64,000 bases of DNA from NCBI GenBank assembly GCA_035221665.1, contig CM069163.1, positions 21,328,001 to 21,392,000 on the forward strand, in the 5' to 3' direction. This DNA comes from Okamejei kenojei. Its lineage: Eukaryota. A program made the translations under genes and the position numbers. The notes under the pieces are model-generated. The model saw only the letters and a list, made by a program, of their open reading frames with translations, was not told the DNA's origin and ran no database searches. This document shows, in pieces, positions 12,831 through 27,400 of this stretch (its first letter is position 1; each line of letters opens with the position of its first letter).

Positions 12831-14039
12831 TGTAAGTAAAACTATCCCACCCCCCACGCTTTTTTTCCTTTCATTACTTTAGTTCCGACATGCTGTCACT
12901 GCATATATGTTTTAAAAAAGAGGAGCTAAACTGGGCCCTTGTTCCATCAGCCTGAGAGGTCCCATTCACCCCCCCCCCCCCCCCCCACGTCACCCCTCCA
13001 TTTGTCTCCGTAATTTTGGCAGTCTTTTTCAATCACCCCTGCCAAAAAAATACAGATAGTTTCTTCTCCCTGCATGTTTTCGTCCATAAATCTGTCAACT
13101 TCCTTTCCTTTGAGCTTGTCGGTATGATTCCAGAATTCCAGATAAAGAACAATTGAGCTTAAATATAATAATACAAACCCAAACAATTTAAGCCTTCACA
13201 TTGTTTGCTTTTGATGTCAAGATGTATTTCTGCTATCACTACTCATTGTGATATAATTGAGGATCAAGTGTGTGAAATTGTACTTTGCTAATTACCTCTT
13301 TTCGCTACCAAAAAAAGAGCTAACATTCGCGCGCACTAAAAATCTACAATAAAAGCCTTCAATTATGTTAAACATGTTTGTTACAAGTTCAAGGTATGGC
13401 AAAAGAAGCGATTTCTCTACAACAGGTAGTTTCTCTTTCAAAGGTCAAAAGATAACATCTGTATAAATCCTTCTATTTACAAACCTGGTAGAGTTATTTA
13501 TGACCCAATTTGTAAGCCCAAACATATCCCTTAAATTTTCAGCTCCGTTCACTGTGTATTCACGCTTCTACATTTGTTTCTTTTTGTTGATGCAGTAGAC
13601 CTGTGGTGTATAGTTTCAAGACGTGTATGTTAGGATATGTGACAATTCTGCTCAGATTCATTCTGGTAAATGTCTACATTTTAAATTTCCCCAGATTCGG
13701 AAATGAGTGCAAGTACTACAACTTTATTTTTAATTCTATTCAAAATAACGCAAAAAAATCACATGCAAGACCTCAGATAACAGCAAGTTTGATATGCTTG
13801 TACATAATCAAATTGACATCTGTTTTATACAGTTTGTGATTTACAGTATGCCAATAGGGTTTTATCTAATGCTTTCATACTTTGGAGGTTAAGTTAGACT
13901 CTAGATACTTATTATTTAGTTTACCTATTTAAAGTTCAGCGCATTTTTAACCACTTACTCAGAAAGACTGCTTCCAATTCAGACGATTTCATAAATTGAA
14001 TTCCTACATCACAATAATTTGTCATATTTCTAAAGTATT

Positions 14040-14252
14040 ATCCTACACACTAGGGGCAATTTACAAACGGCAATTAATCTACAAACCTATATATCTTTGG
14101 AATGTGGGAGGAAGCCAGAGCACCCGGAGAGATCCCACGTGGTCACAGCGAGAACATATAAACTCCATACCGACAGTACTCATAGTCAGGATCTAACCTA
14201 GATCTCTAGTGCTGTAAGGCGGCAACTCTATCGCTTCTTCACTGTGCTGTCC
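14040..14252 (-). mobile_element. HE1-like tRNA-derived SINE (V-SINE type)
   Basis: Reverse complement has a tRNA-like head and the core ctccgggtgctctggcttcctcccacattccaaaga. Confidence 0.8.
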
Positions 14253-14489
14253 CATTGTAGCTTGGGAAATTTCTAATGTTCACTTCATTGCACCATTACA
14301 CTTTGGTACTGAAAATCCTTTCAGTATATTTAATGTTAGTGCGATATTGATTGCATTTTTGTAATTTGTAAAAAAAAAATGGATTGCTGTATGTTTCTAA
14401 TTTGGAGTTTCTGGACCATTAAATATAGGAAAAGACAGGAATTCGTATTATTTGTTAACCATTTTGTCAAATGATAAGTTTAAGGTTTT

Positions 14490-14650
14490 AGTCATAGAAG
14501 TGTTTGACAGGAAACGGGCCCTTGGCCCGCCTTGTCCCTGCCGAGCAAATTGACATATTGGGCGAATCCCATTTGTCTGGATTTGATCCATGTCCCTCTG
14601 AAACCTTGCTTTCCATACATGTGTCCAAATGTCTTTTAAAAGTCATTTTA
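14490..14650 (-). mobile_element. CR1 3' tail fragment
   Basis: gaaacgggcccttggccc...cccatttgtctgg...tgtgtccaaatgtcttttaaa. Confidence 0.65.
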
Positions 14651-15359
14651 TATCTTTGTTCTGAATTGTTTCTTTAAAAATCCCGAGAACCTTTAAAAAG
14701 TAGAATATATTATTTATAGAATATGTAAAATGTCCAGGAGATATGGTTTCATAAAATTATGTAAGCCATCATTTAAATAAAAAAATACAAAACACATGCT
14801 GCAAAACCCAAAGACACAGGAACTGAAGATAATTTGCAGCTTACAGAAAGTATTTGCAGTGATTTAAATTCCTTGTGCTCTGAATATAAAATATATTTTT
14901 TCTTTTTGTCTGCTGACATAAAATTAAAATTGTAAAATACAGTCCATTAGTGTGATGGTTGTATAAAACTGCACCTACAACAGTCTTCATTCATATTATC
15001 GTTAGACAGTGGATTTCTTGTTAGGCAGTGTGCTTAGATTTTGGTGCAAATTTTCACTGATCCCTTCAAAGGATTTAACTGTTTAATCATGTCACAGAAT
15101 GAAATGCTATTCGGATTACGGATAAAATTCTGTCAAACAATAAACTACATTTGAAAAAGAGTGGGAGGAAAAAGAGAACTAAGCAGCAAAAACAAAACCA
15201 GTAGGTCATCCTGGATGTTCTACAAATCGGGAATGGGAAAGGAATATGGGAAGAAACAGAGTAAGAATCTAAGCACAAAATTGATTCTGTGCAGGGGCTA
15301 AAGTTGGGAGAAGTGCAAGAGAGACACCTGCTGTTCAAATCATCCTCTCTGTCTTTCAG

Positions 15360-15413
15360 GGTGCAAGAGGTTCTGATGGTCCTACAGGGGAGCCAGGGTC
15401 ATCAGGTGTCAAG
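15360..15413 (+). CDS. COL27A1: Collagen exon, 54 bp: [18 protein letters not shown]
   Basis: ctctctgtctttcag|GGT...AAG|gtatgt; Gly every third codon. Confidence 0.93.
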
Positions 15414-18400
15414 GTATGTAATGACAAGATTAGATTGTCAGGGGCGGCCCAGTCTGCGCTTAATAATCTTTCATTTAGCATTTAATTTACAAATATTCAC
15501 TCAATATTTTATCTTCAAAGTAGAGTTAATAAAATTTAGAATATCTTTCAACTTCATTTTACTGTTTACTCATTGGTTTCAAAAATGTTTTTAAGACTCC
15601 TTTCAGTATCTGTTACTTTAGTTTAACCTCTCCAGTGATGCTCATCATGTGAAAGGAACAGGCTATTAGTGATCAATGATATTATGCCGCAGCCATGAAA
15701 CAAGAGTTTTCTTTCTGCAAAAGATTTTAGATATATTTGGGAGCATACCACAAATAAATTATAGCCAGCAGCGCATTCACAAATAAATATTAGTAATACC
15801 TCTCATGAAAGTTAACTTAATGAAGAGATTTACCATTCAGCATAACAGTTGCCTTCATGGTGTTAGTGGATAAGCAAGCCTTCTACTCTATAATTTGCTG
15901 TGCTGTTGAAGTTAGGAATATCCTTAAAACATGATTGCCTCAGTTAATAAGGTTAATTTTATTCATTTTGTTTCTTAACGATGACAGGGATCTGTAGGGG
16001 ACCCTGGGCGTACGGGACCAGATGGACAGAAGGTATGTGAAGCCAAAGAAGGAACACAATATTTTGAGTCTCTTTAATTTATCCGCGGTATGTAATTATT
16101 TATCTGCCAAACATTTTAACGTATAAATTGGTTGAAATCTATGTTTGATTTGCAGGGTAAAAGTGGAGAATCAGGAAAACCAGGACCACCCGGATTTCCA
16201 GTATGTATTTGAAGTTTTTAAATAACAATTTACGAACCAACAAAAATGATGTTAATATAAAAACATTTACCTTGAGATTTAACGGTCCTGAGAAAACATC
16301 CTGTAATGTTCGCAAAGTTCTTAACCTTAACTAGGAAGGAGCACAATTAACAGTACAATTACATGACTGAGACATATCTGATAAAATATGGAATTGTTAT
16401 TTTAGAATATTATGAAGTTGTCATTTATCAGAATGAACCTGGAAAACATTGGTGGAGGAGGTGTATGGGGGAATGACCCTTGTTGGTAGACAGAGGAACT
16501 GCAGATGCTGGCTTACAAAAAATGAAACGAGGTGCTTTGTGACCCTCATTGGTGGTTGTTTCCACCCAAATTCAATTCAATTGTGCAATGCATGTGTCTT
16601 GAATAAGAAACATGTCAAACAGTCCAAAATGGCATGCACGCACTCAGTCCGCTCGGGGAGTATAAAGATTAGCACTCCTAAATACAATTTTAACAAAGAA
16701 CATAGAGAGTCTTGACAGTGGCCTGGCTAATATATATACTTCAAATATTCTAATTAAAACATATTACATGGCCATTAACTTATTGCTGTTTATGGGACCA
16801 CATAATTTGCCAATTGACTGCAGTATTTTCCTACAATATCTACATTACAAAATATCGTTCATTGATGATTCAGGCTGTTCCCAGTTTACAAAATGCTTGA
16901 CTTATGTAAAGCCTGTAAATACAACCGAGCCACAAAGATGGATTTTCCAGTTGCTACGGGGCTGCAAGCAACTGTTCTTGACACAAGCCTTAACGTTGCC
17001 ACATCGAACCCAGGAAGAATACATTGAAGTTAACACGTTGCTGTGCATTTGTGAATACCATCTCGATACACAAAATCCAATACAGTGCCCTTTTTAAAAC
17101 CGTCAATGGCATTCAAAACCTCATCTGCAGTCAAATCTTTAAAAATAATATCATTATATTATTACTACAATAATGTCATTTTTTAATATCAGCTTTATAA
17201 TAAAGGATAGCTAAACAAAATTTAAAATGGTTCTCCAGACTATCTACTCTGATCAGCCAACCCACCTCTGTAGGCGATGTAGGAACTTGGTCACTGGCAC
17301 AAATTGATCCTGTGAACTGTTTGAGTTACGATCCGTTCTCGGGAATGTGTGCCAGGCATAAATAAAATTTATTTTGCATCTTGGTTCCATGTCAAAGCTA
17401 CATCTAACTGTTACTCCTTACTGATGAAAGTGATAAGTAAACCACAGCGAGTCTGGTATCGTCTCTTGAAAAAAACTTTATACCAGGTAGCTACCAGAGG
17501 AGTCAATTGGCCAAGAACACCAGGTTCTCCAAACTACAGTGCAAACCTTCTTGTCTAGGCTTTCTTATGTATGGTAAGTAGGAATAAATGAACATGCACG
17601 CTTAAGTAGAATATTTAATTTGTATTCAGCAGCATTATCGGGTCACCTGCTACATGTTCACCATAGTTAACCATCTTGGCCAAAGATGGGTGATCATTTA
17701 CACACTTCATGTTATATCATGCAAGCAGCAAGGGCCATCATTTCCTTTCAAGTACATTCTGTTTGTTCTGGGGAGGGACAAATCTGGGGAATGGGCAGGT
17801 AACAATTACGATTTAGAACCTCCTTCAGACTGATCCCGATATCTGATGGTTTCCAACCCGAAAAGTAGCCTGTCCATTCCCTCACCTGACTGAGCTGCAG
17901 AGTTCCTCCAGCACTTGTTTTGTGTTTTGCGCAAGGTTCCAGCATCTGCAGTCCCTTGCGTTTCAACATCCTGTTTATCTTGTGTATGAGGTGGTTGACT
18001 TGACAATGCCTTTGCTGGGGTCATTTCAGTTCATGTGGAAGTCCTGTGAAAAGCACAGACTAGTTCAACCTGGACCTCTCTGGTCACTCTGTCCATGTGG
18101 GGCTCCAGAACTACTTCAAGCGGAATACCCTGCATTTACATTAATCACCACCTCTTCACTGACTTGCTTACTCGGATATACTTATTGCCCTGGACTTGGG
18201 GTGCTTGCTTGAGGAATCCCCCCATCCTCCCAAAAAACAAGCTACCCCAAGCTGTGATGAGATTCATACCTTGAAAGCCATATCTTGAAATTCATATCTT
18301 GAAAGTCATATTTTGAAATTCAGTGGACTAACTTTTCCTGGCTATGCCTCTGGCCTATTCAGGCACAAACAGCAGTTAGTGCATCTAGGTGATGCCTGAA

Positions 18401-21400
18401 TTTGGGGGTGATTCAACTCGGAGCCTGGATTTAATACATAGCTTTTTGTTACCAATTAGTGACTGTACATTTGTGATCTGTATTTTTTTAATTTGATCCT
18501 GATTAGAACAAATGGTCCTTTAGAAGTAAATTAAAACACAAAACATGATGTTTGGCCTCCACCTTTTGCTGAGATATGTCAGGTATAGAGGGATTCTGGA
18601 ACCCTATCAAATGACCCCCCTTCGATGTTTTAATTTTGTTACAAATATATAAATATCTGGGAAGAGTCTTAATTATTAAAGCTAGTATCTAATCTGAAAA
18701 GATTGTCTAGAAAATATGTTTTAAGAAATGAATTTCTTTATTTTAAAACATTTTTCTACATACTGATTAAAAATACATTTTGCATATCTTTATATTATAA
18801 ATCATTAAATCATTTGGTTCAAACATATTTAATTACACAATCTAAACAAATATGACACAATCTTTTTAAAATAATATTCTACGTCAAAGTTTTTTAAATA
18901 TCTAAAATATTTTGCTTTGTTTTGTTTCACTAACTCATGGACTAGCTGTCCCTGGAATATTGCTAACTAAATCTTGAAAAACCTTCAATGTTTGGATCAA
19001 GATTTCATTTTAAGATATTTTATTTGGATCTGATATCATACAATCAGGGCCGGATTTACGTATAAGCTTCACAAGAAGCTTAGGGCCTCGAGATCTAGGG
19101 GGGCCTCGCCAGGGCCGGATTTACCTACCGGCCTCATAGGTTGAAGCCTAAGGCCTCAAAATCTAGGGGGCCTCCGGCCAAGGTGTATTTTTCCCCAGAG
19201 TTAAAAAAATCCAGAGGAAAAAAAATTGGAGCGCTATCAGCGTTTCCACTTTGACGGAAATTACCCGAAATTCTGGTTCCGGCCGCTGGAAGTTTTGGGG
19301 AAAAAAATTGCGACCATCCGCGCCTGCGAAGTTGGGGGAAGCCGGTGACGCAGTAATGACGCAAAATGACTCTGTCTCTCCGCGCATGCGCAGTGGGCCC
19401 GGGCGGGTTCAGATCTCCATTTGCACTCCATACAATCACCTCCATGCCTCGTGTCTACTCCAGGTAAGTAGTGGAATATTGCATTGGGGGAGTACCCGTT
19501 TCTCTGGGCCTGGGGGGGGGGGGGGGGGGCTGCGGTGTGTGCGGCGCGGAGTCTGAGCCTTGCTGTGTGGGAGGGAGAGAGAGGGGGGGGATGTGAGAGG
19601 GGGAAAGGGGAGGGGAGAGAGAGAGAGGGGGAGGGGTGAGAGAGAGACGGAGAGCGAGGGGGGAGAGGGAAAGGGGGATTATCTTTAGCGAGATTGCAAA
19701 ATTATGGTAGGTTTTAGAGCAATTATATTTTCTCCTCCATATGAATAATATCAAACAATTGGAACTGCTTTCTTTTCCTTGATAACAATACTGAAAAATA
19801 TGAATTCCATAGTTTGCGACTTTCAATTTGCATCATATTTTTAATGTGAACACAGTCGAACAGTAACGCAATCAAATCAACACACAAAACATTTTCTAAA
19901 AAAAGGTTTTATTTACTGCAAAAACTTACAGTAGTTTATTTGCAGTGTTTGCAGGCTCCTTTATAACATTTTACATAACATTTTACAGTACAACTTGATT
20001 ATTAAAACAAGGACAGCTTCAATTCTTGATTTAAACAACAATGACCCCAATCATCCCATTCCAACCACTCATTACTCTTGACTCAACTAAAATTATTTCG
20101 GAAATATTGGTCATAAATCTGGTGCAAAAATGCTCCAAAATAAGGCTCAGAATGCACCAGAGAGCATCTAAAACCCCAGACCCCGGCCGCAAGGGTCGTT
20201 CAGCTTTGCGCTTGTGATGTGCGCTCCGTGCACTTATTTCACATAAAATTTTTGTATGCCACCCCCCCTTTTTAAAAAGCTTCGTACAGGCCTGGTGTGT
20301 AATATTTTTGACACTGTCATAGGCCTTTCTTACATATGCTGTCACAACGCACTGTAGTCTCTAAACAACGCTTCAGTAATTTTTCTTGCCCTCCATTTCA
20401 TAATAATAGTGTTTTAAGCTGATAACTTGACACTAGCACTGGCAATAAATAAAAAGCACAGCTTTCCAGCCCTTATCTCGTTGGCCACGCTCAGCTGCAC
20501 ATCGGTGTAAATCTGGTGGACTCTTCCATCTTCCTCTCGTCGTGGAGGTGGGGGATTGGGAGGGGCCTCACAAGTGGAATAGCCTAGGGCCTCTCTTCAT
20601 CTAAATCCGGCCCTGCAAACAATGAAAAAAGAAATGGAATTAGTTAGGTAAATCAAAACCTTATGCATGCATCACCATTTTTGGTTAGTATTTTGCCTAG
20701 ATTAACAAGATTCAATAGAAAATGTTAGAGAGAATGTTATGTTCAATAGAAAATGGTTTGGTAGACTGGTTTGCTGCATTTTAGTGGAGGCTATAATTTG
20801 AAATATTATGCTTGGCTTATTTTTTCTGACACAGCAGATATTAAGAAGAAGTCGATGCATAAGATTTACCTAGCGTTCAGAACCTGATTAATTCACCTTG
20901 CAAAACACAATGAAATGTCATAGTGAGCCCAGAACTCTAATGAGAATGTGCAAGGCATGATTAATAACTCAGTTGGGCAAGTGGGCTGAATGGTAGTGGC
21001 TACAGTGAATAGTAGGATCCTGGGCAGTGTTGTAGAGCGAGGGATCTAGGAGTACAGGTGCACCGTTCCCTGACGTGGCATCACAGGTAGATAGGGTGGT
21101 AAAGAAAGTTTTTGGCACATTGGTCTTCCTCCGTCGGGGTATTGAATGTTCACTCCCACAACTATCCCACAACTATCTAGACTACACTTCTTTCCACCCT
21201 GCTTCCTGCAAAGACTATCTCCTGCTCCCAATTCCTCCATCTATGCCACATCTGCGCCCAAGATGAGGTGTTGCTTGACAGGACATCCGAGATGTCCTCA
21301 TTCTTTAGGGAATGGGGATTCCCCTCTCCCATCATAGATGAGGCACTCACATGTGTCTCCTCGGTGCCCTGCAGCTCCGCTCTTCCTCCCCCACCCCCTA

Positions 21401-24400
21401 TTGGCACAGGAACAGAGTCCGCCTATTCATTACCTTCCACCCCATCAGCCGTCGCATACAACACATAATCCTCTGATATTTTTGCCACCTCCAACAGGAT
21501 CCCACCACTAGTCACATCTTCCCATTTCCACCCCTTTCCACCTTCTGCAGAGACCGTTCCCTCCGCATCTCCCTGGTTAACTCATCCCTTCCTGCCAAAT
21601 TTCCCCCTCCCCAGGTACCTTTCCCTGCAAACGCAACTGATGCAACACGTTGTTCACTATACCTTTCCTCAAAACTGTCCAGGGACCCCGACGATCCTTT
21701 CAGGTTAGGCAATTCACTTGCACCTCCTCCAACCTCATCTACTGTATCCATTGTTCAAGGTGTGGACTTTTATACTGTACATCAGCGAGACCAAACGTAG
21801 ACTGGGCAATTGTTTTGCTGAACACCTTTGCTCAGTCCACCTGGATCTACCTGATCTCTCGGTTGCCAAACACTTTAATTCCCCTTCCCATTCCCACACT
21901 GACCTTTCTGTCCTAGGCCACCTCTATTGTCAGAGTGAGGCCAAACGCAAATTGGAGGAACAGCATCTCATATTTTGCTTGGGCAGCTTGCAACCCAGTG
22001 GTATGAATATTGATTTCTCTAACTTCAAATAACCCGTGCATTTCCTCTCTCTCCATCCCTCCCTTCCCAAGTCGTACCAGCTTCAATGTTGTCTTGTTGA
22101 GTCTCATTGTCCATACTCTTTCTCACCTAGCACACAGCTAACAATGGCTTGTTTTCTTTATCATCATTACTTTTTTACATACCTTTCATTAATTTGTTCT
22201 ATATTTCTCTACATCGCCATCTATATCTCTCGTTTCCCTTTCCCTTGACTCTCATTCTGAAGAAGGGTCTCGACCCGAAATGTCACCTTTTCCTTTTCTC
22301 CAGGACCTGACCCTGCTGTCTTACCCGCTGAGTTACTCCAGCTTTTTGTGTCTCTCAAGAAGTTGGGATGTAATATTACAGTTGTACAAGATGTTAGTGA
22401 GCCGCATTAGGAGTACTGTGTTCAGTTTTTGTCACCTTTCTTTAGGAAGGATGTTATTAAGCTGGAAAGAGCGCAGGGAAGGTTTATGAGGATGTTGCCA
22501 GGAGTGACAGGCCGGAACTATAGAGAGTGATTGTGCAAACTGGGACTTTTCCTTGGAGCTCAGGAGGATAAGGGGTGATCTTATAGAGATGTATAAAATT
22601 ATGAGGGGAATTGATAGGTGAATGCCTTTTACCCATGGTAAGGGAATGAAGAAACAAAGGTTATTGCACAGTCTAGTAACCCGGGAAAGTAAATTAAGAA
22701 ACGGAAAACATGGGCATTATTATGTTACACCATGTGGTATTTTTAGACTTTATCAACTTAGAAACTAATTAAATAATATTGAAGTGAGACAATAAATTCC
22801 ATGCATGGGTCACTGTATTATAGCTTCCTTGATATAATTACTTTAGACTTCAGAAATACAGCGCAGAAACAGGCCCTTCAATCCATATCTATAATATGTA
22901 CATTTATCAAAGATTGAGTAACTGTTGACTTCCAATCCTCAAATAGCAAAGGAAATTGGAATATTTTCTGCAAACAAGTGTTAATGATTTACATTTCACC
23001 TTTATGTATTTAAAATTCCTATTTCATTGTATTGCCTACCAGACTGTTGAAAATGAACTTAACCACTTTAATGTTGCAGGGTATATCAGGACCTTCTGGT
23101 CCACCAGGCATAAAAGGAGTTCCAGGAGAACCAGTAAGTATCTTTACCATTGTTTGATGGGATCATAGGTTCAAGAACAAAATATTAATAGGAGAGAGCA
23201 GACCCACAAATAGTTTTCAGTACATACATTATATCATGTTCTAGGAGCAGAATTAGGCCATTCGGTCCATCAAGTCTATTCTGCCATTCAATCGGCTGAT
23301 CTATCTTTTCCCCACAACCTCATTCTCCTGCCTTTGCCCCATAACCCCTGACACCCTTACTAATCAAGAATCTATCTATTTCTGCCTTAAAAATCTGTCA
23401 ATCTCCACCTTAGAAATATCCATTAACTTGGCCTCCACAGCCATCTGTGGCAATGAATTCCACAGATTCATTACCCCATAACTGGAGAAATTCCTTCTAA
23501 TCTCCTTTCTAAAGGTGCGTCCTTTTATTCTGAGGCCATGGTCTCTGGTCCTAGACTCTCCCACTAGAGATTATGATAAAATTTAACATCACAAATAAGA
23601 CCATTTCTTCTTGCTCTAACACCCCATCCTCTTTGCAATCCGGGCCACTAATCCATTTGCCTTCTTATTTATTTGCATGGAAAATTTCTGTGGTTGCTGG
23701 ATGAGACACCTATCAAAATACTTTTGCAGACACGGTGTTCTCAAAGCTTTCTTTTCCACTCAACAAACTTGAATATATTACTATTTTTCTTTGATTCTCA
23801 ATAATATCAAATGTAAATAGCTGAGGCTGTAACGTTGATCCATAAGGCCTCTCGCATTGCAATTTCCAGTTTAAAAATTGTCCTTCTTTGGCTACCCAGT
23901 GTGTTCTGTCTATTAACCAGTCCTCTGTCCAAAGTAATATGTCAACTTTAATCTTTATCTTGTGCAGCATGAGTTTGGAAATCTAAATACACAACAATAT
24001 ATTGGTTGTCCATGGTCTATCACGCCAGTGATGGCCTCGAAGGATTATGATCATTTATTACGCATTGTTTCCCCTTCATTTACTTTGTCTCATCCTGTAA
24101 TATTTATGTTAGTCTTTTTGTATCAAATTTCTCATATTGGTTTCCAACATATTCCTGATAGCTAAGGTTAGGCTCAATGATCCGATCTGTCATTCCTCTC
24201 TCCCTCCTTTCTTAAATAGGGGCATTATGTCTACTGTCTTCTTTTTTCAAGAACATCACTGGAACCTTTGCAGATTCTACAGAATGTGGAAACTGACAAC
24301 TAATGCATCCTAAATCACTATACCAGTTAATTTTGAATCCTAGGTTACTGGCCTTACACTCCAGAAGACTTAATAGTCCTTAGTTACATTCCTTTGTTGA

Positions 24401-27400
24401 ACCCTAGTGATATTAATTGCTTTAGGTTTAGTTTAATTTAGAGATACAGCGCGGAAACAGGGTCCGCACCGACCAGCGATCCCCACACATTAACACAATC
24501 CTACACCCACTCAGGACAATTTTTACATTTATCAAGCCAATTAACCCACAAACCTGTACGTCTTTGGAGTGTGGGAGGAAACCGAAGATCTCTGTGAAAA
24601 CCCACGCAGATGACGGGGAGAATGTACAAACTCCGTACAGACAGCACCCGTAATCGGGAACGAACCCGGGTCTGTAAGGCAGCAACTCTACCGTGACCAC
24701 CCTCATTCTCTTTTGCCTTTCATCACCTGTCCTTTGGAGTATTTTTTAAGTGTCCTCCAATGCAAAGGCAGATTCAAAATAGCCATTTCCTTTATTCCCA
24801 TTGTCAATTGCCTTATTTTTGAGGGTATCTGTACTATGCCTCATATCCTCTTCTTACGGTTTGTTACGGATTGTTTTCAAATTTCATGTGGATTTCTACT
24901 TAAAATCTATTTTCTCATTTGTAAACAATTTTTAGTAAGTATTTGCTGGTTTCTAAAAATTTCCCGATTCTCAACTATTCTTCAAAACCTCATAGTGCTT
25001 TACTTTCCATGTTATAGCATTTTTAAACATTTGTTAGTTGATTCATAGAGTCATACTGCACAGAAACAGGCCCTTCAGCCCAACACATCCAATATACATT
25101 AATGTATATTGTAAATAGCTGCAGTCCCAGCACCGAGCCTTGTGGTACCCCACTCGTCATTGCCTGTCATTCTGAAAGGGACCCATTAATCACTACTCTT
25201 TGTTTCCTGTCTGCCCACCATTTCTCTATCCATGTCAGTACCCTACCCCCAATACCATGTGCTCTAATTTTGCCCACTAATCTCCCTTGTGGGACCTTAT
25301 CAAAGGCTTTCTGAAAGTCCAGGTGCACTACATCCACTGGCTCTCCCTTGTCCATTTTCCTAGTTAAATCCTCAAAAAATTCCAGAAGATTAGTCAAGCA
25401 TGGTTTTGCTTTCGTAAATCCATGCTGACTCGGGCCGATCCTATTACCGCTATCCAAATGTGCCACTATTTCATCTTTTATAATTGACTCCAGCATCTTC
25501 CCCACCACCAATGTCAGGCTAACTGGTCTATAATTCCCTGTTTTCTCTCTCCCTCCTTTCTTAACATTAGCTACCCTCCAATCCACAGGAATTGATCCTG
25601 AATCTATAGAACATTGGAAAATGATCACCAATGAGTCCACGATTTCTAGAGCCACTTTCTTAAGTACCCTGGGATGCAGACAATCAGGCCCTGGGGATTT
25701 ATCAGCCTTCAGTCTCATCAGTCTACCCAACACCATTTCTTGCCTAATGTGAATTTCCCTCAGTTCCTCCGTCACCCTAGGTCTGGTTGAAGAGCTGGGT
25801 ATTCATAGTATTGAATCGTAGAAAGGGACAGCATGGGAACAGGTTCTTCAGCCCATCAAGTCTATGCCAATAATCAAGCATCCATCTACAGTACTACTAC
25901 ACTTATTCCATTTACATCCCTTTTATTCATCCATCAAGTCCCTCCAGATTCTACCACTCACTATACATTACAGTGACTAAGTAACTTAGCAGCCACATGT
26001 CTTTGTAATATGTGAGGAAACATTAGCCCTTGAAAGAAAACCATGCCAGTCAAAGAGAAAATGTATAAACTCTACACAAGCAGCACCAGAGGCCAGGATT
26101 GAACCTGGGTTGCTCGTAGAAAGTGAGCTCTACTACTTTCAACCTTACCAAGACAAACTGCTGGCCTTTCTTCCTTGTGTGTTGAAAGTGGACTTTAGGA
26201 TCAAGTTACATATCAAGCCTATTGGTCAGCATTGAGCTGCATTTTCCTGTCCTGCACTGTTCCACACATCCTTTACTTTTATTTTGCTGTCTGAACCCCA
26301 ACATGTTAAATTTTAAGACATCCTCATCTTCTAATTTTGCCATTGTATTCTTCCACACCATATCAGTGACATATATCTCTTTATATATCCTCTGATCATT
26401 TGACTGTGGACATCTGACTGTTTTCCTTCCTTGTTCTCATCACATCAAAACCTTTATTCCCTCCACTCCATTTTTCCAGAATGTGCAACCAACTTACTTT
26501 CTGCCTCTGTACTTGAATCTTCATCTTTAAAAATCAACGTTCACTTTTTCTTGTTATCCTTGGACCCCTCACCCTTCCACATTTAATGGCAACACCATGC
26601 AAATATCTTCCAGAGATATCCCAATGATTCCCCCATAGCAGGCCATTCTTGGTTGACCTTTAACTCCTTCAGCTAAATGATCATCAGTCTTCATTCCACA
26701 TGCTGTCAACCAAACCATTCTGTTTTACTCTAATATTTATTTAGCCATTTATTCTCTCCATTACAAAGTTCATGCTTTTCACCACCACAATCGCTTCAAG
26801 ACATCAATCATTGAAGGCTTCATTCCTTTCTTTGATGTCTGTAGACTTTGTTGCTGCAAATTTCTCCTGACCAGCCTCCCTTTTCCCATCCACCATTGAT
26901 TTGGTCTCCAATCTGTATATCTGCATTGTTGATAACTAATATTAATTCCTGCAGAATGTCAAACTTCATATTCTTGTGCTGAAGTCATTACTATTCATTC
27001 TTATTAAATCTCTGTAAAGTATGTGGGGATATTTTTTATTGATGAAGATAAAGGTTTCTACTTAATTTGCAGCAGCCAAGTATTTGGCCCTCTCTCCTGT
27101 CTTTGTCTCTTGTTTATTCAGTTCTATCTATAACTTCTTCCACCTGCAAACATGAAAACTTCTATTCAAATACTGATAGAACGATGTAAATTATTAGTCT
27201 TGTTGATTGGAATCCATATAAATTTATTATGATTTAAGATATTACATGCAAAAAGGTCTAACCTTTATTTTGATTTTTTTCTTGACAAAATAGTTGTTCA
27301 GTAATTTGTCCTATGCCATATTACGCCTGGTCCCAGATCCTGTCCAATTCCTGGAGTCTCCGCATGTGGGCAACACATGCCTGGATGAATTTGGGTTAGT

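Noticed and set aside
12966-12986. Poly-C and poly-G runs (also ~19512, ~54450, ~59848) as functional elements
   Set aside because: Simple homopolymers, mostly inside repeats, and prone to length errors.
1-15359. Further collagen exons upstream
   Set aside because: No AG/GT-bounded Gly-X-Y segment found by eye; G-rich tracts are purine repeats. The preceding exon probably lies outside the window, though a missed exon cannot be excluded.
25167-25775. Functional reverse transcriptase gene
   Set aside because: Internal CR1 fragment truncated at both ends, with a deletion and no catalytic ADD motif in the ORF.
26140-27060. Possible ancient L2-type LINE remnant
   Set aside because: Pyrimidine-rich with faint L2-like words, but no translatable motif could be confirmed.
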